A stretch of DNA of 64,000 bases, from contig DASTXL010000001.1 of NCBI GenBank assembly GCA_035758565.1, forward strand, positions 203,242 to 267,241, in the 5' to 3' direction. The notes below the pieces were generated by a model. It was given only the letters and a program-made list of their open reading frames with translations, was not told the DNA's origin and ran no database searches. This DNA comes from Candidatus Saccharimonadales bacterium. Lineage in GTDB: Bacteria; Patescibacteriota; Saccharimonadia; Saccharimonadales; UBA10212. Shown here piece by piece: positions 8,775-17,486 of this stretch (position 1 is the stretch's first letter; each line of letters opens with the position of its first letter). The position numbers were made by a program, and so were the translations under genes.

Positions 8775-8861
8775 AGGGAAAAGAGTAGCACCGGTCCGGC
8801 AATTGCCGGATTTGGATTCATTCCAAAAGGTGCGTTGAGGAAAACCGTAGGTTGTCCTCAA
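8775..8861 (+). repeat. Structured intergenic repeat, copy 6 (three-way variant), rpsN|rpsH junction
   Basis: AGGGAAAAGAGTAGC box. CACC...GGTG closes TCCGGC/GCCGGA and TTGGA/TCCAA. Followed by hairpin TTGAGGAaAACC-gta-GGTTgTCCTCAA. Confidence 0.8.
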
Positions 8862-8878
8862 AAGCCGGAGGCGCAAAT

Positions 8879-9283
8879 ATGAAGCAAATAGTAAATACAG
8901 ATCCAATCGCAGATATGCTCACTCGTATCCGCAACGGCATTGCCGTCGGCAAGAGTGAGGTCAGGATGCCGCATTCTAAGGTCAAAGAGACCGTTGCCAA
9001 GATTTTGGCCGATAACGGTTTTCTTTCGAGTGTCAAAGCTTCAGAAGAAGGCGGTCGCAAAGTTCTGACTGTTGTGATTACCGGCAGCGACGAACCGGCT
9101 AAGATTACCGAAATTTCCCGCATTAGCCGCCCGGGTCGCCGTGTTTATGTTAAGGCCGCCGATATTCCATCGGTTAAGCGCGGCCGGGGTATTGTAGTTG
9201 TTTCAACTTCCCACGGTGTTATGAGCGGTAAAGAAGCCGTCAATCAACACCTTGGCGGAGAATTAATCTGTCAGGTTTATTAA
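8879..9283 (+). CDS. rpsH: 30S ribosomal protein uS8
   Basis: Start at the ATG at 8879. DPIADMLTRIRNG motif. Confidence 0.95.
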   Translation: MKQIVNTDPIADMLTRIRNGIAVGKSEVRMPHSKVKETVAKILADNGFLSSVKASEEGGRKVLTVVITGSDEPAKITEISRISRPGRRVYVKAADIPSVKRGRGIVVVSTSHGVMSGKEAVNQHLGGELICQVY

Positions 9284-9293
9284 GGAGTAAATA

Positions 9294-9830
9294 ATGAGTC
9301 GAATAGGAAAACTACCGATTTCAGTTCCATCCGGTGTGACAATCACTGTCGACGACGACTTTGTGAGCGTTAACGGCCCCAAAGGCAGTTTGAAGCAATT
9401 CACTATGCCGGGCGTTAAGGTTGCTGCAACTGGCGATCAAGTGTTGGTTACCCGCGAAAATGATGAGCGAGCTAACCGTGCCCGTCACGGACTAATGCGC
9501 TCATTGGTTGCTAATATGGTTCAGGGCGTCAGCCAAGGGTTTGAAAAGAAGCTAGAGCTAAACGGCGTAGGCTACCGCGTGCAAACGCAAGGTGCCGATC
9601 TCAAATTTAACCTCGGCTTTTCTCATGACGTTGTCTATAAAGTGCCGGCGGGTGTTAATGTGACTGTCGAGCAGAACGTCATCACCGTTAGCGGTATTGA
9701 TAAGCAACAGGTTGGCCAAGTGGCCGCCGAAATCCGAGCGCTTAAGAAGCCAGAGCCATACAAGGGCAAAGGTATCAAATATGTCGATGAGCGCATTATC
9801 CGTAAATCAGGTAAGAGCGGTAAGGAATAA
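9294..9830 (+). CDS. rplF: 50S ribosomal protein uL6
   Basis: MSRIGKLPI start and operon position. Confidence 0.95.
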   Translation: MSRIGKLPISVPSGVTITVDDDFVSVNGPKGSLKQFTMPGVKVAATGDQVLVTRENDERANRARHGLMRSLVANMVQGVSQGFEKKLELNGVGYRVQTQGADLKFNLGFSHDVVYKVPAGVNVTVEQNVITVSGIDKQQVGQVAAEIRALKKPEPYKGKGIKYVDERIIRKSGKSGKE

Positions 9831-9831
9831 G

Positions 9832-10185
9832 ATGAATAACTTAAAGCACAAACAAATGATGAGTGAGCGCCGAGCTAACCGTGTCCGCGCTAAGGTTTCT
9901 GGCACTTCTGAGCGCCCGCGCTTGGCTGTCAGCATTAGCAACCTGCACGTTACGGCCCAAATCATCGACGATACAACCAGCAAAACTTTGGCCTACGCGA
10001 CAACCGTCGGACAAAAACTAACTGGCACAATGACCGAAAAGGCTGCCGTTATTGGCGAACAGATTGCTAAAAAAGCCGCCAAAGCCAAGGTGAGTAAAGT
10101 TGTTTTAGATCGCTCAAGCCGTAAATATCACGGCCGCGTCAAGGCTTTAGCTGACGCCGCGCGCAAGTCAGGATTGGAGTTTTAA
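9832..10185 (+). CDS. rplR: 50S ribosomal protein uL18
   Basis: The ATG at 9832 follows a [28 protein letters not shown] motif. Confidence 0.9.
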   Translation: MNNLKHKQMMSERRANRVRAKVSGTSERPRLAVSISNLHVTAQIIDDTTSKTLAYATTVGQKLTGTMTEKAAVIGEQIAKKAAKAKVSKVVLDRSSRKYHGRVKALADAARKSGLEF

Positions 10186-10186
10186 T

Positions 10187-10741
10187 ATGGCCGAAAATCA
10201 GCAAAATCAACCACAACGTCGCAATCCACGAGCCCAAGCTGTCGAAGAAAAGCAGTTCGACGAGCGCGTCGTTTACGTTAACCGCGTTGCGCGTGTCGTT
10301 AAAGGAGGCCGTCGTTTTCGCTTCCAAGCTTTAGTCGTAATTGGCGACCACAAAGGTCAAGTCGGTATCGGTGTTAGTAAGGGTGCCGACGTTCAGGCTG
10401 CCGTTACCAAAGCTACGGATGTGGCCAAAAAACATCTAACGAGAATCCCGATGCACAACGCGACTCTTACCCATGAAGTCCAGGCTAAAGTTGGTGGTTC
10501 CAAGATTTTGATTATGCCGGCTGCACCAGGTACTGGTTTGATCGCCGGTGGTGTTGTGCGTATTGTTCTAGAGGTTGCCGGTATCGAAAACGCTCTCTCT
10601 AAGTCGCTAGGCTCTTCTAACCGCATCAATACGGCTTACGCCACGCTAGCTGCGTTATCTCAGATGGAGCCAGCTGACAAATGGGTTCCGAACCAGACGA
10701 GTAAGCCAGCTTCAAAAGCTAAAGCAAAGGCGGAGGCTTAA
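10187..10741 (+). CDS. rpsE: 30S ribosomal protein uS5
   Basis: VNRVARVVKGGRRFRF motif and operon position. Confidence 0.95.
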   Translation: MAENQQNQPQRRNPRAQAVEEKQFDERVVYVNRVARVVKGGRRFRFQALVVIGDHKGQVGIGVSKGADVQAAVTKATDVAKKHLTRIPMHNATLTHEVQAKVGGSKILIMPAAPGTGLIAGGVVRIVLEVAGIENALSKSLGSSNRINTAYATLAALSQMEPADKWVPNQTSKPASKAKAKAEA

Positions 10742-10744
10742 ACT

Positions 10745-11212
10745 ATGAAATTTAATGAACTTACAGTATCTAAGCAGACTAAGCCAACTCGCGTTGGACG
10801 CGGTATTAGTGCCGGTCGCGGCAAGACTGCCGGTCGCGGCACCAAAGGCCAGGGTTCGCGTAAAAGCTCCGGCCGAGCCGGATTCGAGGGCGGTCAGATG
10901 CCGATTTATATGCGCCTGCCTAAACTTCGCGGCTTTAAGAGCCACCGGGTGGCCGCCGAAAATGTTTACACCGGTCAGCTGAACGACGTTAAGGGCGTCA
11001 CTGTTGATCCAACCTCGCTAGCCGAAGCCGGATTGATTAGCAGCCCCTACGTCAACGTGAAGCTGGTTGTTAAGGGCGAGTTAACCGCTAAAAAGACAGT
11101 TAAGCTGCAATCTGCCAGCAAATCAGCCGTTGAGACGGTCGAAAAAGCCGGTGGCAAATTTGAGCGCATTGACCGCCTGGCGCGAACTAAAAAAGCCAGC
11201 GAATCAAAATAA
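10745..11212 (+). CDS. rplO: 50S ribosomal protein uL15
   Basis: RVGRGISAGRGKTAGRGTKGQ motif. It follows rpsE directly, with no L30 gene between them. Confidence 0.95.
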   Translation: MKFNELTVSKQTKPTRVGRGISAGRGKTAGRGTKGQGSRKSSGRAGFEGGQMPIYMRLPKLRGFKSHRVAAENVYTGQLNDVKGVTVDPTSLAEAGLISSPYVNVKLVVKGELTAKKTVKLQSASKSAVETVEKAGGKFERIDRLARTKKASESK

Positions 11213-11232
11213 AGCAACTCTCTGTTTAAAAA

Positions 11233-11267
11233 ACGTCCGTTAAAGTGTTACGCTAGCGGACGTTTTT
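11233..11267 (+). terminator. Rho-independent terminator/attenuator after rplO
   Basis: ACGTCCG...CGGACGT stem followed by TTTTT, with an A-run upstream. Confidence 0.55.
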
Positions 11268-11284
11268 CTGTATAATTATTACGA

Positions 11285-12817
11285 ATGAACTGGGGCATAA
11301 TTTTAAAGTCTCTTGGCCACAAAGAGATGCGAAACCGCATTTTGGCGGTGCTTGGCATGCTGCTTGTTTTTCGAATCTTAGCTCACGTTCCAGTTCCTCT
11401 AGCCGACCCGCACACTTTAAAGCAGGTCCTCAATAACCTCTTTACGCAGACAAATTCCAACCAACTTCTCGGGTTTCTTAATGTTCTTTCTGGCGGCGCG
11501 CTAGCTAACTTCTCGATCATGCTAGTGGGCTTGGGCCCTTACATTAACGCCAGCATTATTATGCAGCTGCTCACCAAAGCTATTCCAAAATTGGAAGCTA
11601 TGAACAAAGAGGGAGAGTACGGCCGCAAAAAGATTAACCAGTACACCCGCATGCTTACATTTCCGCTGGCCATCGTTCAGTCAATCGGCACCATTTATTT
11701 AATCCGCCAAGAGGCCTCAAGCATTGGTGGTTTGGGCGATATCACGGCCAATACTTCATTTTTGCAGTGGGCTTTAATGATCGCCACACTCACCGGCGGC
11801 TCTATGGTATTGATGTGGCTGGGTGAACTTATTACCGAACGTTCTATCGGCAACGGTATTAGCTTGCTGATTACCGTGGGCATTGTTAGTCGCCTGCCGA
11901 CCCTATTTACCGAGCTTTGGAGTGGAGCCTACTGGGTTAAGGGCACTAACGCGGCCAATGATAAATTTATGCTGTTCCATCGCAATTTTTCTAAGCACGG
12001 CATGATTATTTTTTGGATAATCATGCTGGCCATTATTGCCATCACGTGGGCGGTGGTGAAGCTTAATGAAGCCAGCCGTAAACTTACGGTTAATTATGCT
12101 AAACGCGTGCAAGGCAATCGTACTTATGGTGGCGTAACCACTACTTTGCCGGTCAAACTTATTACGGCCGGTGTTATTCCAATTATCTTTGCCGTGGCCT
12201 TTCTTTCCGTGCCCAATTTCTTGGGCCAGTTGCTAACGCACGGGCAGGGAGTGAATCTGGCTAATCCAGTAGGCACTTGGCAGCATTTGGGCGTTAATTT
12301 GTCTACCTGGTTTCAGAGTCCTAGCCAGCTAACCTTTGCTACCGAGGGTTGGAAGGCCTGGATTTACCCGGTGACCTACTTCTTATTAGTGTTTATCTTT
12401 ACTTACTTCTATACCAGCGTAACGTTTAACTCTAAAGAGATTGCCGAGAACTTGCAAAAACAAGGCGGCTTTATCGCCGATGTCCGTTCTGGCAAGCAAA
12501 CCGAAAGGTATTTGTCTAAGGTAGTTAATCGCCTAACTTTGTTTGGTGCGCTAGCACTTGGTTTTTTGGCGATTTTGCCGATTGTCGCCCAAGTTAAGCT
12601 GAATGAGAACATTGCCATTGGCGGCACTAGCATTTTGATCTTGGTTTCCGTTTCGCTTGAAACCTTACGCCAAGTAGAATCACGCGCTTTGATGATTACT
12701 TACGATCAGTATGAGCAACCCGACTATTTTTACGAAGCTCCAGGAGTAGAGGGCGCTCCATCTAGCCGCACGGCTATTCTCTCGCGCCTGCCGCTGGTTG
12801 GCCGCCGCAAAAAATAG
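11285..12817 (+). CDS. secY: Preprotein translocase subunit SecY (long form, 510 aa)
   Basis: Multi-TM protein with LNVLSGGALANFSI, GISLLI and GGTSILI motifs. It sits after rplO. A TATAAT box lies 8 nt upstream of the ATG. Confidence 0.9.
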   Translation: MNWGIILKSLGHKEMRNRILAVLGMLLVFRILAHVPVPLADPHTLKQVLNNLFTQTNSNQLLGFLNVLSGGALANFSIMLVGLGPYINASIIMQLLTKAIPKLEAMNKEGEYGRKKINQYTRMLTFPLAIVQSIGTIYLIRQEASSIGGLGDITANTSFLQWALMIATLTGGSMVLMWLGELITERSIGNGISLLITVGIVSRLPTLFTELWSGAYWVKGTNAANDKFMLFHRNFSKHGMIIFWIIMLAIIAITWAVVKLNEASRKLTVNYAKRVQGNRTYGGVTTTLPVKLITAGVIPIIFAVAFLSVPNFLGQLLTHGQGVNLANPVGTWQHLGVNLSTWFQSPSQLTFATEGWKAWIYPVTYFLLVFIFTYFYTSVTFNSKEIAENLQKQGGFIADVRSGKQTERYLSKVVNRLTLFGALALGFLAILPIVAQVKLNENIAIGGTSILILVSVSLETLRQVESRALMITYDQYEQPDYFYEAPGVEGAPSSRTAILSRLPLVGRRKK

Positions 12818-12818
12818 C

Positions 12819-14135
12819 CTACTTTATTTTTGAACAATCAACGTCACCGCCAACTGGTAGCGGGCGTCCAGTTACACCAGCGTAATAACGGACTAGTCGT
12901 TCACCTAGATCTGATCCAGGATATGGTTGATCGTATAATCGGGCTAGCAAAAATTCTGTTTTGGCGCGGATAACCGGACGAGCAGGATCTAGTAGGTCTG
13001 GAAAATTACCGTTTGGCAAGGACATCATCCCGCCGAGAGCTTCCTTGTCGTCGGCAACGCTGGCAAATCCATCTGTATCGGCTACCACTTCTTTGCTTTC
13101 TTCAGCGGCGAAACCTTCTTGCACTCGACAATATTCTTTATAGTCTTTCTTTTCGTATGCTTTGAGACCCTTCTGGCCGTTCTTTATATCCGACGGTCGG
13201 CGGTATATATCGATTGAATTTAAAATGGTCAGTCCTTTATGATTGCCGGAGCCATAGATGTTTTTATGCGGGTTCAGAGCGACGTAGCCGGGGTCATTAT
13301 CGGCGGTAGTGTAGCACTCTTCGTTATCTAACCCATCGTAAAGCGCCTTGTCGATTTCGTCTGCGCTTCCATCACCGCTTATATCCCAATAAAGAGTGCC
13401 TGGACCGTAATAATAGTCGAAGGCATAGGCAGAGCTCTTCATAAGGATGATCTTTTTAAGTCCGCTCAGCTGTACGTATTCCGCAGGGATATTCCGAAGA
13501 CCTCGCGTAATTCTAGACAAGCTGGCCAAAGCCTCATCCTGAACGTCTAATTTGGTTGGGCTCTCGAAGTCATCAACCTGCTTTTTAGATCCAATCTGCA
13601 ACGATATGCCGTACTTACCCAGATATTCGCGCACAGCTTGTAAGTCTTCGTTAATCGAAGGTAAGATTTGGTCTGTGACGCCGAAATTTTTCTTATCCCA
13701 TTTTGCCCAAGCGGGCGTAACACCTTCTTGGGAGTTAAATGCAATGTCCTCTATGGCCGGCGACTGCTCAACGAATGTTAAATGATATTTTTTGGCGGCG
13801 ACTTTTTCTTGCCAGCTGGGATCGCTTAGAGTTTTGTCCACGTAGGCTTGGGTCGGGACAGGTAGTTTATTGGCATCGAACATGCCGCCAAATAGCTTAT
13901 CAACTGCTTTTGTCGCTTTGGCGGATGGCGCCGGACAACTCGTGGCAGGCATTAATGAGCTTTTGTTTTCATGTTTAGCAATTAAAAATAGCGACAACGC
14001 GGCGGTACCAATCGCTCCCCACTGAACCAGCCGTGTTTTGCGCCATCTAAAATCTGGATGATTAATAATGTCGCTAATAGTTTGAGAGCCGCGTGAGTCG
14101 GCACCTTCGGATTCATTAGGTGGCTTTTCTGACAT
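12819..14135 (-). CDS. Hypothetical membrane-anchored/secreted protein
   Basis: 438-aa ORF with one N-terminal TM helix (WGAIGTAALSLFLIA). No family recognised. Confidence 0.5.
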   Translation of the reverse strand: MSEKPPNESEGADSRGSQTISDIINHPDFRWRKTRLVQWGAIGTAALSLFLIAKHENKSSLMPATSCPAPSAKATKAVDKLFGGMFDANKLPVPTQAYVDKTLSDPSWQEKVAAKKYHLTFVEQSPAIEDIAFNSQEGVTPAWAKWDKKNFGVTDQILPSINEDLQAVREYLGKYGISLQIGSKKQVDDFESPTKLDVQDEALASLSRITRGLRNIPAEYVQLSGLKKIILMKSSAYAFDYYYGPGTLYWDISGDGSADEIDKALYDGLDNEECYTTADNDPGYVALNPHKNIYGSGNHKGLTILNSIDIYRRPSDIKNGQKGLKAYEKKDYKEYCRVQEGFAAEESKEVVADTDGFASVADDKEALGGMMSLPNGNFPDLLDPARPVIRAKTEFLLARLYDQPYPGSDLGERLVRYYAGVTGRPLPVGGDVDCSKIK

Positions 14136-14282
14136 TTTATAACTATACCATCTTTTTGAATTTTTTAAATAATTAATCGACTGTAGCTTTCTAAGCGTAA
14201 GCGTTTGCCATAATACCCTCAGTAAAAGGATAATCAGGCCACGAGCTTTAACGAGGCTTTAGAGAAGAAACGTCTAAAGGAA

Positions 14283-14822
14283 ATGCCGCGCGAGGATCTT
14301 TTGGCGGCAGTTGATGACACTATTGAACTCCATGGCGAATACCTTCGGCTTTACGACTATTACGAGAATACCGACGGCACGCTAAATTATTGGGCCGGTC
14401 ATGTTGCCGCTAGGGATGTGGCGCACTATGTTTTGACCGGCGAAAACGAACACATTGCTTGGATTGATTATTTAATCGCCGAAGGATTGGCCGAAAGTAG
14501 GCAAAACTGGCAAGATTGGGCGCGACCGCACCCGCATTCAGTTTATGAAAGGGCTATTCACGATTTTTCTAGATCAGAACATTCTTTGAATAGCACGTAT
14601 TTTCTGATGAGTTCTATGGCCGCAGCCTTAAGGCGCTTAAGGAATCAAACTGGCTGGATTGAGCGAGATGGTGATTACGGCTGGCGCTTAACACCCTCTG
14701 GCATAGCCGTGGCCGATGCTCTTGCCGAGGACATGGTTGAAGAAATCGGCCAAAAGTCACAGATTACTTTCAAGAACACGCAGTATAATCTCCTTGAACT
14801 AAATAAAGGAGGCACGCTATGA
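14283..14822 (+). CDS. Hypothetical protein
   Basis: 179-aa ORF with an AAAGGAA SD. Its end overlaps the next gene by 4 nt. Confidence 0.45.
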   Translation: MPREDLLAAVDDTIELHGEYLRLYDYYENTDGTLNYWAGHVAARDVAHYVLTGENEHIAWIDYLIAEGLAESRQNWQDWARPHPHSVYERAIHDFSRSEHSLNSTYFLMSSMAAALRRLRNQTGWIERDGDYGWRLTPSGIAVADALAEDMVEEIGQKSQITFKNTQYNLLELNKGGTL

Positions 14823-15238
14823 ATCCAGTTGTTCATTTCGAAATGGGATATTTCGATCGAGATCGGATGAAAGAGTTTTACCAGACGGCTTTTGGCTGGA
14901 AGTTGCAGCAATACGGTGAAGATATGGGTAATTATGTAGTAGCCCAAACGGCTGAAACCGACGAAGACGGCATGGTCAAAACTCCTGGCGCTATTAACGG
15001 CGGTTTTTATGCCAAAAGCGACAGTCCAGATTCGCATGCGCCATCAGTAGTTATATCTGTTAAAGATATTAATAAAGCTATCGAGGATGTTAAGTCTGCC
15101 GGCGGCAAAATCAAAGGTGGCATGACTCCAGAAGGCGAACACACCATGGAGCCGACGATGATTCCGGGTGTTGGTCTTTGGATTTCTTTCGAAGACACCG
15201 AGGGCAACCGCGTAAGCCTTATGCAGCCAAAACGGTAA
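14819..15238 (+). CDS. VOC/glyoxalase-bleomycin-resistance family protein
   Basis: MNPVVHFEM start followed by AFGW, and a C-terminal FEDTEGNRVSLMQP, both typical of VOC-fold proteins. Confidence 0.55.
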   Translation: MNPVVHFEMGYFDRDRMKEFYQTAFGWKLQQYGEDMGNYVVAQTAETDEDGMVKTPGAINGGFYAKSDSPDSHAPSVVISVKDINKAIEDVKSAGGKIKGGMTPEGEHTMEPTMIPGVGLWISFEDTEGNRVSLMQPKR

Positions 15239-15300
15239 AGTTCAATTATCATTTGCTCTCCGGTCATTGAATTTTTAGTAAATAGTGGTACGGTTGGGCT

Positions 15301-15678
15301 ATGGCACACAATGAATATCCGTCAGAAATACCGCAGTATTATTTTTCTGAAGATATAGAAGTGCCAGTAGCGACCGTCTATTTACCTCAAGAGTCCGATT
15401 TATATAGCGAACCTGCTGTTAGACCAGTCGTTCTGGGCCACATCGCGAATGACGAGATAGAAAGATTAGTGCTGGACTTTGAGCATGTTGAGTATATAGA
15501 CTCCACGTTTTTGGGCATGTTCGTTGGGGCCGCTAAGCGAGTTAGGGCAGCTCAACGCCGAACAATCAAAGAGTTAATTTTACAGGGCCCGGCTGCCAAT
15601 AAGTCCATTCCAAAAATATTTGAGGTCACCGGACTTGACCGAGTCTTTAAGATGGAGGGCTTCAAGGGTCGTGTATAG
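15301..15678 (+). CDS. STAS-domain protein (anti-sigma-factor antagonist-like)
   Basis: VEYIDSTFLGMFVGA and FEVTGLDRVF resemble the SpoIIAA/STAS signature. Confidence 0.5.
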   Translation: MAHNEYPSEIPQYYFSEDIEVPVATVYLPQESDLYSEPAVRPVVLGHIANDEIERLVLDFEHVEYIDSTFLGMFVGAAKRVRAAQRRTIKELILQGPAANKSIPKIFEVTGLDRVFKMEGFKGRV

Positions 15679-15748
15679 AATTCTTGGCCAAGCCCGCATA
15701 TAAAGCTTGTGCTTGCGTTTAAAGGATTCTGGTGGAAGAATTACTCAG

Positions 15749-16045
15749 ATGAGCGAGCACATGTCAGAAAATGAGAAATTTATCTTAAGCATTCCCGAAT
15801 CGGTTACTTACACTGCCGATGGCAGGCGGATAGTCGAAGGCGTGGGTTATGCTAGCCCAGGTTTGAGCGAGGGTGAAACTCGAGAGATGCTGGCCAATGG
15901 CTATGGGTTTGATCCAGATTCGATAGAAATAACTGGGTTACAGGAAGCCACAGCATCCAGGGGACGCCGCTTGAGTGTCGGTTTTAGACGGTGGAATTCC
16001 AGCTGGGACCCTGATGCGACCCGCCAAAACGCCAGCCTGAATTAA
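15749..16045 (+). CDS. Hypothetical protein
   Basis: ORF trimmed to the ATG at 15749, downstream of GGTGGAAG. No motif recognised. Confidence 0.35.
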   Translation: MSEHMSENEKFILSIPESVTYTADGRRIVEGVGYASPGLSEGETREMLANGYGFDPDSIEITGLQEATASRGRRLSVGFRRWNSSWDPDATRQNASLN

Positions 16046-16102
16046 TTTATCAAAACCCTTTACAACTCCTTACCGCTCTGGTATATTGAACAGGTTGTAT
16101 TT

Positions 16103-16324
16103 ATGGCCAAAGACAAGGAAGTAATCGAACTCGCCGGAACGGTAGTCGAAGCATTACCAGGAACGCAGTTTCGTGTCGAGCTTGAAAACGGCCATCAAAT
16201 CATAGCTCACGTTGCAGGGAGGATGCGGAAACATTATATCCGTTTAGTCCCAGGCGACCGCGTTAAGGTAGAATTGACACCTTACGATCTGACGAAGGGT
16301 CGGATAACTTACCGCGAGAATTAA
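16103..16324 (+). CDS. infA: Translation initiation factor IF-1
   Basis: [31 protein letters not shown]...KGRITYR is typical of IF-1. Confidence 0.95.
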   Translation: MAKDKEVIELAGTVVEALPGTQFRVELENGHQIIAHVAGRMRKHYIRLVPGDRVKVELTPYDLTKGRITYREN

Positions 16325-16377
16325 TAAATTAGTTCTATAAGAGCAGTGTGTCACCCAGGATAAGGAGGATGATCCGC

Positions 16378-16494
16378 ATGAAAGTGCGTGCCAGCGTAAA
16401 GAAAATCAGTCCAGATGATAAAATCGTCCGCCGTAAAGGACGAGTTTACATTATTAATAAATTAAAGCCTAAGCACAAGCAGAGGCAAGGTTAA
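16378..16494 (+). CDS. rpmJ: 50S ribosomal protein bL36
   Basis: 38-aa ORF absent from the ORF track: [38 protein letters not shown]. It follows a TAAGGAGG SD and lies between infA and rpsM. Confidence 0.9.
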   Translation: MKVRASVKKISPDDKIVRRKGRVYIINKLKPKHKQRQG

Positions 16495-16497
16495 TAT

Positions 16498-16884
16498 ATG
16501 GCAAGAATTTCTGGTGTAACTATTCCAGATAATAAGCAGGTGTTAGTAAGTCTGACCTATGTTTATGGTGTCGGTCCTAAATTCGCCAGCGAAATTTTAG
16601 ATAAGGCTAAGATTGAGCCAACTGTCCGCGTAAAAGACCTGACGGATGCGGAAATTGGCCGCATTCAGGATGTTATTAACGCTGATTACATTATTGAAGG
16701 TGAGCTGCAGCGGATTATTACTGGTAATATCAAGCGTTTGCGAGACATCAAAGCCTACCGAGGCGAGCGTCACGCTCGTAACCTGCCAAGTCGAGGGCAG
16801 CGCACCAGAACTAACGCCCGCACTCGCCGCGGCAAGAAAATGACCGTTGGCGGCACAGCTAAGAAAGCCCCGAGCAAGACCTAA
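16498..16884 (+). CDS. rpsM: 30S ribosomal protein uS13
   Basis: MARISGVTIP start and operon position. Confidence 0.95.
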   Translation: MARISGVTIPDNKQVLVSLTYVYGVGPKFASEILDKAKIEPTVRVKDLTDAEIGRIQDVINADYIIEGELQRIITGNIKRLRDIKAYRGERHARNLPSRGQRTRTNARTRRGKKMTVGGTAKKAPSKT

Positions 16885-16892
16885 GGATTAGT

Positions 16893-17372
16893 ATGGCAGA
16901 CGAAATTACACAAGAAAAGGCCAAGCAAACAACTCCAGAGCAGCCAGAAGTTACCACTCAGGCCGCCGAACAGCCAGAGGCAACTGCAGCCGCTCCCAGT
17001 CGCCGTCGTAAGGCTAAACGTACAGTTAGCGCGGCGCACATCCACGTTTTGGCAACTTTTAATAACACCATCGTTACCGTGACTGATGACAAGGGTAATA
17101 CCCTGACTACCGCTAGCGCTGGCGCTTCTGGTTTTCGCGGATCCAAGAAGGGTACAGCCTATGCCGCTCAAGTAGCCGCCGAGAAGGCCATTGGTGATGC
17201 CAAGAGCGCTTACGGAGTAACTAAGGCCGACGTATTTGTAAAAGGTGTTGGCTTGGGCCGCGACGCAGCCGTTCGTTCGTTGATCAACCAAAAGATTACC
17301 GTCGAGAGCGTTCGTGACGTAACCGGCGTACCACACGGTGGCGTACGTCCAAGAAAGCCGAAGAGGAACTAA
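16893..17372 (+). CDS. rpsK: 30S ribosomal protein uS11 with an N-terminal low-complexity extension
   Basis: HIHVLATFNNTIVTVTD and GFRGSKKGT motifs. About 40 aa of Q/E/A/T-rich sequence lie at the N-terminus. Confidence 0.9.
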   Translation: MADEITQEKAKQTTPEQPEVTTQAAEQPEATAAAPSRRRKAKRTVSAAHIHVLATFNNTIVTVTDDKGNTLTTASAGASGFRGSKKGTAYAAQVAAEKAIGDAKSAYGVTKADVFVKGVGLGRDAAVRSLINQKITVESVRDVTGVPHGGVRPRKPKRN

Positions 17373-17395
17373 AAATGATGTATTTGCAGCTAAAT

Positions 17396-17467
17396 AGGGA
17401 AAAGACAGCCCGACAAAATGTATTCCATTTTGCCGGCGCGATAGGAAAAACCGTAGGTTTGTCCTAT
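17396..17467 (+). repeat. Structured intergenic repeat, copy 7, rpsK|rpsD junction
   Basis: Its 72 nt are identical to copy 3 (6600-6671). Confidence 0.85.
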
Positions 17468-17486
17468 AAGGACGGAGTCCGCTAAG

